DNA from: Mobula hypostoma
Taxonomy: Eukaryota
Direction: 5' to 3'
DNA length: 64,000 nucleotides
Assembly (NCBI RefSeq): GCF_963921235.1
Contig: NC_086097.1
Location: 192,760,001-192,824,000, forward strand
Shown here: piece after piece, positions 26,276 to 39,757 of the stretch
Numbering within the stretch: position 1 is the stretch's first letter
Layout: the number at the start of each line of letters is the position of its first letter
Program-made: the position numbers and the translations under genes
Notes under the pieces: model-generated
The model's database searches: none
What the model was told of the DNA's origin: nothing
Seen by the model: the letters and a program-made list of their open reading frames with translations, nothing else

Positions 26276-26835
26276 AACTGAAAGAAGAGATGGTAAGAGA
26301 TTTGAAAGTGGGAGATCTGAAATGATAGGAGAAGACAGGTGGGGGGAGGGATGGAGCTAAGAGCTGGGTTGATTGGCAAAAGGGATACCAGGCTGGAGAA
26401 GGGAGAGGATCATGGGGCGGGAGGCTCATGAGCCTCATCCTTATATTCCGTCTGGGTAGCCTCCAACCTGATGGCATGAACATTGACTTCTCTAACTTCT
26501 GTTAATACCCCACCTCTCCTTTGTGCTCCATCCCTTATTTATTTATTTACTTACTTATTTATTTTTCTCTTTCCCCTTTTTTCCTCTCTTTTTTCTCCCT
26601 CTGTCCCTCTCACTATAACTCCTTGCCCATCCTCTGGGCCCCCCCCCCCCGTCCCCATTTCTTTCTCTGTAGGCCTCCTGCCCCATGATCCTCTCCCTTC
26701 TCCAGCCTGGTGTCCCTTTTGCCAATCAACTTTCCAGCTCTTGGTCCCATCCCTCCCCCTCCTGTCTTCTCCTATTATTTTGGATTGCCCCTCCCCCTCC
26801 CACTTTCAAATCTCTTACTAGCTCTTCTTTCAGTT

Positions 26836-26871
26836 AGTCCTGACGAAGGGTCTCGGCCCGAAACGTCAACT
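26836..26871 (+). ncRNA. Minimal hammerhead ribozyme motif with a stem I mismatch
   Basis: AGTC-CTGACGA-AGGGTCTCGGCCC-GAA-ACGT-C-AACT. Confidence 0.55.
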
Positions 26872-29800
26872 GTACCAATAGATGCTATAGATGCTGCCTG
26901 GCCTGCTGCGTTCATCAACATTTTTGTGTGTGTTGCTTGAATTTCCAGCATCTGCAGATTTCCTTGTGTTTGAGACATGTAATGGAGCTCTGAGTTTTTT
27001 TCAGCATTTGCTATTTCATTCCAAAAACTGTTAGAATGCAGGAATGTAACCTCCTTCAATTGCTTCAGTAACAAAGTTGCCTTTTTGTAGCACATGTCAT
27101 CAGCCTCTCTTTTTCTGTTTCATATTTCTAACGATGTAACTTCATATTTGACTCAAAGGCACTCATGTATAGAGACTAAATTGCCTCTTAAATCTCTAAT
27201 GGCTACTTTATCAGATAAATGGCTTGAGATTTGCGAAGCTTTCTACCTCAACTTTCTCTTTGAATAGTATGCTCCTTTTGTTTGTGTAATGAGTCTACTG
27301 TCTTCTTTTGAGTTTCATTTATGGCTTTTTTATCATAGGTGCTGCTGAACATTATTTTTGTGACTTTCAAACATTTTATTATTGTCAGTGATTATTAGTG
27401 ATGAATGAGTACAAGAGGGGAACAGCTGATATTGTATAAGAAACAATAAATATCCATGCTGAAGAATATGACACTGGAAAAAAAGATTAGATGTTAATTC
27501 ACAAATTCAGTTATGAATGTTACTGCAACATATTTCAAGTAATGCCTGATATTTATGTATTAATCATATCATACAAGAAACTCATTGTCATTTGAATGGT
27601 GTCTTCCTGTTATATTTTAATACAGCATTATTGCACATTCCTTACCTGTTTTCACAAAGAACATCTAGAGTTGCTCAAGCCCTGTCTGTAAGGAGCTGAT
27701 ATTGAAAAATAAATTAGGTAGGCAACCTTTTCCAATTAACTATTCTTTTTCAGTCATTCTCTTGTGAAATCTATATTTATAGGAAAATTTCACGGCCTGA
27801 GGTCAGCCTTATTATGTTAAAAGTAATTGTACATGATTGAAGAAGACCATTGTTATTAAACAAAATCCTGTATGATTTAATTTCTTTTTAATTTTTAATG
27901 ATACTTTTACACCTTTGAGCAATGCCTAGCCAAGAACCCAGGCAGACTATTTTTTCCCCCAGTCTATTTCAACTGCTGCCTTTCAGTGACCACCATGAGC
28001 CAGGTGAGAATGGATCGGATTACCTGCCTTCAGTTTTCTTTTCCCTCCTACAGTGGAAAATCTGTCAGGATGATTTTCCCTTTTTGCCACCAAAATTGTG
28101 GTAGAACCCCCCCCCCACAAAAAAAAAATTGAAAAGATGGGCTATTCATAGTATCAAGATACTGCAAAATTCTTTGTAGCCAATGCAGAACAAAGCAGAT
28201 GCTAGAAAGATGAAATAAAAACAGAAGAAAAAAACAGAAAGAACTGACTGACCAGGGGTTGTGGACCTGAAACGTTAACTTTTTCTCATTCCACAGACGT
28301 TGTATGATTGGCTGAGAGTTTCTAGCACATTTTGTTTTTATTTTTGAAATGTATACTCTGTCTTATTGTGGAAAATATAGCAGCCAATTTGTAAACAGTG
28401 TGGTTCACAAGCACTAAAATATAATCATTTTATAGCATGTTGATTGATGAGCAGGTTTTAGTTAAGGCACACAGGAAACTTTACTGCTCCTCAAATAGTG
28501 TTTCAGGATCCTTTACATTTACTCAATAACTCAGATGGAGCTCAATTTAAAATCTGATTTGAAATATTGTAGCACACATCTAACACTGCAGGGTGCCTAC
28601 AGTCAGCATGAATTGTGATCTTAACTTACTTGTAAACTCACCTACTTTTCTGGATGTTGATACATTTAAATGGGATATTTGCCAGTCTTCCTTCAAGGGT
28701 GCAGTGGCAGATGCTTGAACTGGTGACAGCATTGGAAGCTTCAAATTATACCAGGTGTTCACTGTGGTTTTGATACTGCAGTCAAAGTATTTCAATCAAT
28801 TCACAAATACTGCTGAATGCAAGCATCCTTCCAAAACACCGTAGTATATTCAGTGACATTACAAACACGTATCTGAACATGTAAGTGAGCATTGGAATCT
28901 CATATCACCTTACAGTGATTTGGAGACCAGATGATATGAAATGCAATGTAAAGTGCAATTTTTACAACATTCTAAGCAAATTTGCAGAGATGAATTTACA
29001 CAGTCTTTTGAATAATAATACTATATTGAAAAGTTGGTTTGCTATCCACCCAAAGGTTCTTCTTCTTATTCATTAACGTTACAAGATGTTCTACAGACCT
29101 ATGCCGGAAATAATATATTGCTATATAATATGCTGATGAGAAGATTGAATGCAGTCTTTTTGATTGTTAAATTATTATCAGCAAAGTAATGAAAGAAACA
29201 AAACATCTGGAGTATACAGATTCCAAAAGCAGAATCAGAATCAGGTTTAATATGCCATATATGTCATGAAATTTATCTATATTAAGTAGTTAAATAAGTA
29301 GGGTAGAAGTTAAAAATAAAATTGAAATTAATTAAGAACAATATTCACTAAAATAATATTACACTGAATAAATGGTTGAGATTTTGCAATTCAGTGCATA
29401 GCTGCATGAGAATGCCCTATTCCCGAACTTGCTGTCCACTCTTTTTCTCCGATTGAGTTTGTATATTGGCTGTTGACAAGTCCTGAGATAGAAATAATGG
29501 CACTTCCCCAGTTTTTACTCTGAGGAATCTACATGCCGGATCTGTGCCATGTTAGATGCTATGCAACTGTGAGGAGCAGCAGATTTTAAGAAAATCACGT
29601 TTTCCTGTTTTGGTTTTAGTTAATTGTTTTGTTCTTTTATTTTGTTTTTCATTGAATGATCATTTATAGTTCTTAAATGTTTTGAAAGATGTTCAGAAGC
29701 ATTCACAGCTTTTTGACAGATTTTAGAGCCAACTGAATTGGAAGTATGACTTTAGATTCAGATTTATTTATCAAATATACATGGGAACATACAGTGAAAT

Positions 29801-31797
29801 TTGGCATTTCTATTAACAACCAACACACCTAAGCATGTGTTGGGGCAGCCCGCGAGTGTCAGCACACATTCCGATGCAGACATTGCGTACCCACGATGCT
29901 CAGCAGAACACAAGCAACAAAATAAAAACAGCAAGACATCCCTTTGCTCCCTCCTACTCAAGCACACACATGGACAGTCATTCATCTTCAAGGCTGGCCT
30001 CCAGCCTCCTGGCTTCAGCTGTCGGAATTCAATTTCCAAACTTCTGTTCGACCTTTGGGTTTTGATCTCCAGTATTGAACCCTGGATGAGCTGATGACAG
30101 GACCCTAAACTCCACTTTGCCGACTGACTGGCTCTGTACCTTCTGTTTACACAGACATCCGATCCCAGGACTCATTGACCTGCGAAAGCCCAACAATCAT
30201 GGATGTCCTTTGTCACCAGTCCATCTCACTGAACATAAAACATGGAGCGCAGAGCAAAGGCCTGACCTCTAACTCCTCCAAATCCCTGTCCCTAAACCCT
30301 AATGTGACCCCTAACTGATCCCTGCCTCAAAACCCTAATCTTCCCCAGGCTGTGAGACTAATGAATACCATGCCACCATGGATGTCTTGTCACTCGGACA
30401 GTGAGCAGTTTACTGTTTATCTGTGCTGCACAGTTTGTGTGCATTTTGAATTGTATTTGCGGCAAAGTTTAATTTTAAGTACTGTATGTGATATATGTCT
30501 TGTGGGTGCACTATGCTCCAATGGAATGTTGTTTCATTTGATTGCATGTATGTGCAGTCAGATGACAATAAACTTGAACTTCTCTCTCTCTGTCCCCAAA
30601 ACCATTCCTATGATCTTAAAACAACTGAGCCACAATTTTGACAGAGACCACAGCTCAGTGCCCTTTTTAACCGGAAGATTTGGGAGAAGAACATACACAA
30701 AATGGTGGAAGAACTTAGCAGGTCAAGCACCATCTATGAAGGGAAATAAACAGTTAAAAGCTAAGACCCTACATCAGGACTGATTCCCTTCAGCATTTTG
30801 TAGGCATTGCTCAGTATTTCTAGCATATGCCAAATCACTTGTTTCTGACTCGGGACAGTGCTTGTTTTGCCATCCCCTTACTCTGTCATGGATCTTTGTA
30901 ACATTTACACTAAATTCTGCATTCGGTTATTGCTTTTCCTTTATATTACCTCACTATATAGTACTTCTGTATAGAGTGCTCAGTCTAAATAGCATTTAAA
31001 AGCATTTCATTCTAAAATAGTGCATAATCCGATTACCAGTTGCAATATATTCAACATTTATACTCACGAGTCCTTGTTGGCCCACAGGGCCATGCCAGTG
31101 AGGATCCTTACAGATTCCTCCAAGTTCTTGTCACCAGTGGATCTGCAAACAGCAGCCATATACCTCGACAGTGAGCCTGGGTGATTTTATAAACATGAAT
31201 ATCAAATAAATCTTTAAAAAGAAGCAAATGTAAGTATTAGTTTGTTCATTTTGCACCATTTTCAGCTTTAGAAGGTTGTTGATCAAAATTAGTTTCTAAG
31301 GAATGATCACATTCTGGGCTGAATTTGATGTTGAACTATATATTGGGACCTTTAATAGCACTTGCATTAATCCATTCTGGGGCCACCCCTGGCCATCGGT
31401 CTCTGATGCTGTGCACCAAATTTCATAAGCCTTCATGCACTAATGCAGATAACCAGTGCTGGCACCTGCTGTTGACATCTACCCACAATTCTGCATTCTC
31501 GTCCCCTTCAGGTTAAGGTTTCCATTTGTTTCAGGCATACTTAATTTTCTCTTACAGATCTCAAGATAAGTGACTTGTGACTTGTGTTCCAGTAATTGTT
31601 AATTGATTTTAGCATTTCCACTTTGGAGTTTTACAATATTTCAGTTCAAATTTAAGCGATGCAAAATAACCATATCTTCACTATACACCTTTCTGACAAT
31701 TATTTAATCATGCTGTTTCCATGCTGTGTAGCTAAAGCAGCTTACTCCTGCCAACAAGGATGCTTCCACATTCAGTGTCATGGCCATCAGAGAGTTG

Positions 31798-33555
31798 CAA
31801 GACCATAAGACATAGGAGCAGAATTAGGCCATTCAGCCCATCGAGTCTGCTCTGCTATTCAATCATGGCTGATCCCGGATCCCACTCAACCTCATACACC
31901 TGCCTTCTCACCATATCCTTCGACGCCCTGACTGATCAGGAAATGATCAACTTCCGCCTTAAATATACCCACAGACTTGGCCTCCACCGCAGTCTGTAGC
32001 AGAGCATTCCACAGGTTCACTACTCTCTGGCTAAAAAAAAAAAATTCCTCTTTACTTCCATTCAAAAGGCCACCCCTCAATTTTGAGGCTGTGCTCTTTA
32101 GTTCTGGATACCCCCACCATAGAAAACATCCTCTCCACATCCATTGTATCTAGTCCTTCTAACATTCGGTAGGTTTTAATGAGATCCCCCGCATTCTTCT
32201 AAATTCCAGTGAATATAGGCCCAAAGCTGCCAAATGCTGCTCACATGTTAACCCCTTCATTCCCAGAATCACCCCTGTGAAACTCCTCTGGACTCTTGAC
32301 AATACTCCAAGTGCAGCCTGACTAGTGTCTTATAAGGGCTCAGCATTAGCTCCTTGCTTTTATATTCTATTCCCCTTAAAATAATGCCAACATTGCATTT
32401 GCCTTCTTTACCACAGATTCAACCTGTAAATTAACCTTATGGGAGTCTGGCGTGAGGACTCCTAAATCCTCTGCACCTCTGATGTTTGAACCTTCTCACC
32501 ATTTAGATAGTAGTCCACACCAAGATGGTTCCTTTTACCAAAATGCGGTATCATATATTTCCCAACACTGTGTTCCATCTACCACTTTTTTGCCCGTTCT
32601 TCCAATTTGTCTAAGCCCTGCTGCAACTGCATTGCTTCCTCAGCACTACCTACCCCTCCACCTACCTTCGGATCATCTGCAAACTTTGCCACAAAGCCAT
32701 CAATTCCATATTCTAAATCACTGATGAAAAATGTGAAAAGCAGCGGTTCCAATACTGACCCCTGAGGAACACCACTAGTCACTGGCAACCAACCAGAAAA
32801 GGTCCCTTTTATTCCCACTCACTGTCCCCTGCCTGTCAGCCGTTCCACTATCCATGCCAGTATCTTTCTTGTAACCACATAGGATTTTATTTTGTTAAGC
32901 AGTTTCATGTGTGACACCTTATCAAATGCCTTCTGAAAATCCAAGTAAGTGACATCCATTGCCTTTCCTTTGTTTACCCTGCTTGTCACTTCCTCAAAGT
33001 ACTGTAACTAATTTGTCAGGCAAGATTTCCCATTACAGAAACCGTACTGACTTTGACTTATTTTATCGTCAGTCTCCAAGTACCTCAAAACCTCATTCTT
33101 ACTAATAGACTCCGACACTTTCCCAGACACTGAGGTTAGGCTAACAGGCCCATATTTTCCTTTCTTTTGCCTCCCCCCCCTTCTTAAAAAGTGGAGTAAC
33201 ATTTGCAATCTTCCAGTGATTCTTGAAAGATCTAATGCATCAGTTATCCCTTAAGCAAACTCCCTCAGGAATCTGGGATGTAATCCATGTGGTCCAGATG
33301 ACTTATCCACTTTAAGACCTTTGAGTTTGCCTAGAATGTTTTGCTTTGTAATAGCAATGACACTCACGGACCTCTGGCACACTGCTAGTGTATTCCACAG
33401 TGAAGACAGACGCAAAGCACCCATTAAATTCATCTGCCATTTCTTTGTTTCTCATTACTACCTCACCAGCATCATTTTCCAGTGGTCCAATATCAATGCT
33501 CCCCTCTTTTTGACTCTTTATATAACTGAAAACCTTTTGGTATTCTGGTATCCCT
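31798..33555 (-). mobile_element. 5'-truncated CR1 LINE
   Basis: [34 protein letters not shown] on the minus strand. Confidence 0.9.
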
Positions 33556-34249
33556 TTGGACGTAATCCAAAGCCACCTGTTACTGGCATCATAGCTACTA
33601 GGTAGGCTGACAGACACTCTTTAAAGTCTTGTTGAGGTGTATTCAGAAGTTATGCACAGCTTATTACAGGCAAATCCAGCCCTTACACCGTCCTTATGTC
33701 ATACAATGTTACTCCTGACCAGTGTTATAAGAAGGTCCAAATCTCTCAGAGTTTAACACATTTGTTTATTCAACTGCTCAGCAGCTTCAAAAGTCTGAGG
33801 TCTGCAGGTTGCGAGTTGCTTTTACGTACTCACAGTCTGTCTCCCCTGCAGCCCTCAGTGTGGTTCCTGTGTCACTTGGGTGCACAGGAGGAGATTCTGA
33901 AATGATTTACAAGCTCCACCCAAATGCACATATTTCTGGTGAATGCAATTTGACAAGATATATTGCTGCAATTTATTACTTCTATTGGTATGCTGACAAA
34001 CAGCAATTTTTTTTTTCATTTTCTCATGAGAACTTGTGAAACTTTTGTATATGTTTCACTGAAAGTTACACAGGGAATTGAAATGATAACAATTGTGTCT
34101 GTTTCTGAATTCTAAGCACATTAGGCCATTGATGAGATCAGTGAAGAGTGGAGCTGAACGAGGAACCTTGCCCTTCAGCCAGGTCAGCACAGGGAAGGGG
34201 TGGTGAGACTGTGGGGTCATTCTTGACTTCCTGAGCCGATCTTTCTCTG

Positions 34250-35010
34250 AGCCTCCAGGAGGAAATGACAATCACCTTGATGGATCTCCATCTCAGAATG
34301 CTCAATGTTTTTCATTTCCACAAGTTCCAGTCTCCGTCCTTCCTGACTAATGAAGATGGGCTAACTGAAGCACGCGATGATTATGTGGGCCATTATTGCA
34401 GTTATTCTTGCAGAGTTACACTGGATTGGTCCTGTGCACTTTGCAAACATCCTCTCCACCACGATGTGCATCTGAACAATCATATTCCACGTGCCATTGA
34501 GGTTGTCCTACAATAGGGTAGATGTGCCAGACAGTGATCCTTGTTAACAAGAACCTACCATGCTCTCAACATATCCTGGGCAGTGTGTCACTCTGGTGAC
34601 AGACAGATCCGCTAAGCTTGTCCCACAGGTGAAAAGCACTTATGTGCATGACGTATGGTGTGTTTTGAAAAGCAGAAGAACCTTTTGTCAGTGAAAGCCT
34701 TGGAATGTGAATGGTCAATCATCTGGCACCTTTAAGTGCTGGTTCGTCCAGCACCCTAATCACCAAAGGAAAGCCTGCAGTGTGATGGAAAACTGGCTCA
34801 CTGTTGATAACCGATCTCTGACATGCAAAGGCTGAAGATCCCAGAGGCCAGGCTGAAGATGGCTTCCGTTACCCTGAGAGCACAGGCTGTTTTCTGGGAG
34901 ATGTCACACAGCAATACCTATGGTCACCTTTATGGGATTATCAGGGATGTTCACTGATGGTGTCACATAAATGCTCCAGTGGATCTTTACTGAAGCAAAG
35001 TCTCCTTACT
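34250..35010 (-). pseudogene. Highly decayed Harbinger/PIF (HARBI1-like) transposase
   Basis: Collinear minus-strand remnants in shifting frames, translated by hand: VRRLCFSKDPLEHLC, RVTEAIFSLASG, QGFH, HIVVERMF, GPIQC...HIIIAC. Confidence 0.55.
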
Positions 35011-37234
35011 CACAGCAGCGCTATCATAATCTTAAGGGACAAACTTTGTGGGTGGAACTCTTGCAAAGTAAGCAATCAGCAGGAGGTGCTTTGGCTAATG
35101 CAAACAAACTCACAACAGGTTCCAACTTCTCCTCAACAGGGTTCAGATGATATAACCTATTTGAGCAACACACAAAAATGCCGGAGGAATTGAGCAAGTC
35201 ATTTAATATCTATGGAGAGGAATAAACAGTCAAGGTAGCTATCTGACACCCTTCATCACCCAGTCCTTTAAATTAGCTGACATGGTGGTGTAGCGTTCAC
35301 GTTATTGCTTTACAATGCTTTACAACCCCTCAACCATCAAGCCCTTGAACCAAAGGGGATAACTTCACTTCCCCCATCACTGATGTTCCCACAACCTATG
35401 GACTCACTTTCAAGTATTCGTCATCTCATGTTCTCAATAATTATTGCTTATTTATGTATTATCATCATTATTACTACCATTATTATTTCTTTTTGTTCTT
35501 GCACAGTTTGTCGTCTTCTGCACATTGGTTGTAAACCCAATTGGTATGGCTTTCATAGGTTGTCTTATTGTTATTAAATTTATTGAGCATGCCCACAAGA
35601 AAATAAATCTCTTCATTGTTTATCGTGACATATCTGTACTTTGATAATAAATTTACTTTGAACTTTGATCATCAATCAGGGATCTATTCCTGCCACTGTG
35701 TAAAAGAAGTTTGTACTTTCTCCCTGTGACCACATGGGTTTCCTCCAAATGTATGGGTTAAGGTTATTGAGTTACTGTGGCATGTGCCACAGTAGCAGAG
35801 CAGTTAGCGTGAAGCTATTACAGCTTAGGGTGTCAGAGTTCAGAGTTTTATTCCGCCATTCTTGATAAGAAAATTTGTACATTCTTCCCATGTACGTGCT
35901 GGTTTCTTCTAGGTTCTCCAGTTTCCTCCCACAGTGCAAAGATGTACCATTCATTGGTCAATTGTTCACAGTAATTAATTAGGCTGGGGTTAAGTTAGTG
36001 GGTTGCCGGGCGGAGTGGCTCACTGGGCTGGAAGGGCCTGTTCTGTGCTGTATCTCTAAATAATATTTAAAAAATAAATAAATGCTAACATTTTATTTTT
36101 TATAGCCTGGAGTTGGTACTAGTTTCACTCCATGGCCACATCTGAAGTAAAGATGTATACTCGCAGAAAAATTGCCTGCATTTTAAGGAAAGTGGTCGAT
36201 TCTAGGAGCAAGTGTAATAAATTGAAACATGGTCAGTTTTTTTTTACAGAAAACATTACGTCACTTGGTTTTGCCCATTCTCTAATTTCATTGTAAGCCA
36301 CATATCAATTGCTTGCAATGCATTCCTACTAATGAATATTATTAGAATTATAGGTAATCATACGTTTCATATTGTATGTTATCAATTTGTTGATAACTAG
36401 GACAGATCTTGCACATAGAACTGCAATATGTCTGTGGTCCAGTGCGCTGACTTTCTAAGTACTATGAAGATCAGTGGAATCCCAGGGCTATCCTCAGATG
36501 TAAGATTCAGAAGATGATACTGTCCCACTGAGCTCTACAGCAGCTCAGTGGCTCAGTGAACGTCTCGAACAAACAGCAGGTCAGCAGATCGCCACCTGTT
36601 TGTGCCTGTTCAGCCATCTCATTACTGCAGAAGGATAGGTGTAAATGCTTGAGATTGAGACTGTAACTGGTTGTGAGCCTTTGAAAATTATTGCTCATTG
36701 TCTAACATATTTTCTTTCTGCATTACACTGTGGAAGTGCCAGCATCCAGAAGATATTTACTTACTGGCAGGTGAAGGTAAAAGATGACATGAGAAATTTT
36801 GCAAAACAGTAGAGAAATATCCCAGCCACCCTTCATTTCTTGGTTAGATACCACCAAACAGAAAAAGTGGTGTTCAGATTGTTTGCTCTTTGTGACCTCT
36901 TGCTGGGTTGTAGACTGTTTTTAATATGTCTGGGTTTAAAAATGTTACTATGGTTAAGTTCAAAAAATGTTTTATTCTGAGGGCACAGCAAATGCATAGA
37001 AATGTGTACTTCCCAGCAAGAATTAGTTCATCATATTTGACCTATTGCAACAGATCACCAAAATACCTTCACTTGGGCCATATAATAATTTTCTGGCTAA
37101 ATATAGTGATTGGCCTTTAATACAATAAAATGAACCACTACCATCCAGTATAGGTAACTTATGACAGCGCAGTATACTTTCATATATTTAACTATATGTC
37201 ATACTGTATATATGCTTTATGTCAATTCGCCTTT

Positions 37235-38645
37235 TGAAGGTGTCCATGATGAAATTGGCTGAGTTGACAACTTTGTGCAGTTTTTTTGCTAATCCTGTAA
37301 AGTGGCCCCTCCAAACCAGAAAGTGATGCAACCAGTTAGTATGTTCTCCATGGTACATTTGTAGAGATTTGTAAATGTCTGTGTTGACATAAGAGGGGTG
37401 ATTGATAAGTTTGTGGCCTAAGGTAGAAGGAGTCAATTTTAGAAAACCTAGCACATTTATTTTTCTACATAGCCCCCTTCTACATGTACACACTTAGTCC
37501 AACGATCGTGGAGCATACAGATCCCTTCTTTGTAGAAGTGGTCCACAGCAGGGGTGATTGATAAGTTCGTGGCCTAAGGTGGAAGGAGATGAGTTATTAA
37601 CTTCAAACTTTCTGCATTATCACTCAAAGAGTTGAACTGCATGTGCATGTAACGAGAGCGTCTTGGACCTCCAGGTGGTCCACAGCAGGGGTGATTAATA
37701 AGTTTGTGGCCTAAGATAGAAGGAGATGAGTTATACAGCCCTCATTACGTGCACGTGCAGTTCAACTCTTTGAGTGAAAATGCAGAAAGTTTGAAGTTAA
37801 TAACTCATCTCCTTTGACCTTAGGCCACGAACTTATCAATCACCCCTGCTGTTGACCACTTTCTGGAGGTCCAAGACGCCGACTTCTACAAAGAAGGAAT
37901 CAGTATGCTCTACAACCGCTGGACTAAGTGTGTAAATGTAGGTAAAATAAATGTGCTAGGTTTTCTAATATTGACTCCGTCTACCTTAGGCCACGAACTT
38001 ATCAATCACCCCTCGTACAGTACCAATCCTCTTCAAGCTCCTAATGAAATATAGCCACTTGCATGCCTTCTTTGTAATAGCATCACTATGTTGGGCCCAG
38101 GATAGATTCCCAGAGATGCTGACACCCACAAATTTGAATTTACTCACCCTTTCCATTTCTGATTCCTCAATGAGGGCTGGTGTGTTCTCCCTCGACTCCC
38201 TCTTCCTGAAGTCCACAATTGATTCCTTAGTGTTACTGACGTTGAGTGCAAGGTCGTTGTTGCAACAGCACTCAACCAGCTGATCTATCTCACTCCTGTA
38301 TGCCTCCTTGTCACCATCTGAAATTCTGCCAACAATAGTGATGTCATCAGCAAATTTATAGATGATGTTTGAGTTGTGCCCAGCCACATAGTCATGGGTA
38401 TAAAGAGAGTAGAGCAGTGGACTAATCATGTTTTCTTAAGGTGTGCCGGTGGTAATTGCCAGAGTGATGGAGATGTTATTTCTGATCCACATTGACTGTG
38501 GTCTCCTGTTGAGGAAGCCAAAGATCCAGTTGCAGAGGGAGGTACAGAGGCCCAGGTTTTGGAGCTGCTGATCAGATCTGAGAGCATGATTGTGTATAAC
38601 ACTGTGTTCAATAAATAACTTCCTGACATAGGTGCTGCTAACGTC
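37235..38645 (-). mobile_element. Rex1/Babar-clade LINE RT fragment interrupted by a MITE
   Basis: ISPLLYSLYTHD...KFADDITIVGRI...LALNVSNTKESIVDFRK. Reading continues beyond the MITE as MSTQTFTNLYKCTMENILTGCIT. Confidence 0.85.
37392..38015. mobile_element. Mariner-derived palindromic MITE with reiterated TIRs
   Basis: TA at 37390-37391 and 38016-38017. TIR motif GGGGTGATTGATAAGTTYGTGGCCTAAGG present five times. Both ends encode a mariner C-terminus (FYKEGI.ML..RWTKCV). Confidence 0.85.
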
Positions 38646-39435
38646 TGTTAATATCATTGCGCTATTATTATTTTACATGCTGTATGTGATTTCGGTACTG
38701 TCTTTAGCATCTTGGTCCCTGAGGAATGTTGTTTCATTTAGTTGTATACCTGTGCATGGTTGATTGACAAATAAGTTTGAACTTGAACTTGAAATGGATT
38801 AGCTATAAATAAATTATTGTGATAATGATTGATTCATCCTGAAGCAACAGAGTAAATTTTAGATTCATTATTCTACCTGAAGAATCCCATTTGCAATTTG
38901 AAACATATAAATAGATTTATGATTAGAAATGACTCTGTGATTATTTTTCCTGAAACTTTAATGATATAGTCAGAGAAAGTTAGGAAAAATTGGAGTACTG
39001 TGCTCAGTTCTGGTGACCTCCCTACAGGAAAGATGTGGAAACCATAGAAAGGATACAGAGGAGATTTACAAGGATGTTGCCTGGATTGGGGAGCATGCCT
39101 TATGAGAATAGGTTGAGTGAACTCAGCCTTATTTCCTTGGAGCGACACAGGTTGAGAGGTGACCTGATAGAGGTATATAAGGTGATGAAAGGCATTGATC
39201 CTGTGGATAGTCAGAGGCTTTTTCCCAGGGCTGGAATGGCTAGCACAAGAGGGCACACATTTAAGGTGCTTGGAAGTAGGTACAGAGGAGATGCCGGGCT
39301 AGGTCTTTTTTACGCAGAGTGGTGAGTGCATGGAATAGGCTGCCGGTGACGGTGATGAAGGCGGATATGATAGCAACACACATAAAAGTTGCTGGTGAAC
39401 GCAGCAGGCCTGGCAGTATCTCTAGGAAGAGGTGC

Positions 39436-39471
39436 AGTCGACGTTTCAGGCCGAGACCCTTCGTCAGGACT
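39436..39471 (-). ncRNA. Minimal type I hammerhead ribozyme motif, best-preserved copy
   Basis: AGUC-CUGACGA-AGG-GUCUCGG-CCU-GAA-ACGU-C-GACU; all core nucleotides present, GUC cleavage triplet. Confidence 0.75.
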
Positions 39472-39757
39472 AACTGAAGGAAGAGTGAGTAAGGGATTTG
39501 AGAGGGGGAGGGGGAGATCCAAAATGATAGGAGAAGACAGGAGGGGGAGGGATGGAGCCAAGAGCTGGACAGGTGATAGGCAAAAGGGATACGAGAGGAT
39601 CATGGGACAGGAGGTCCATGAAGAAAGACAAGGGGGGGGGACCCAGAGGATGGGCAAGGGGTATATTCAGAGGGACAGAGGGAGAAAAAGGAGAGTAAGA
39701 GAAAGAATGTGTGTACAAAAATAAGTAACAGATGGGGTACGAGGGGGAGGTGGGGCA

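Larger units (their letters stand above)
26176..26972. mobile_element. PLE fold-back insertion made of two inverted pLTR copies
   Basis: Minus copy 26176 to about 26427; plus copy about 26438-26972, starting in the GIY-YIG C-terminus (LIFRLGSLQPDGMNIDFSNF). Each copy has a hammerhead motif. Confidence 0.9.

Noticed and set aside
30290..30340. Telomere-like CCCTAA motifs
   Set aside because: Only a few dispersed copies, not a tandem array.
37392..38015. Spaced ~30-bp repeats resembling a CRISPR array
   Set aside because: They occur in both orientations and are the mariner TIR, with TA flanks.
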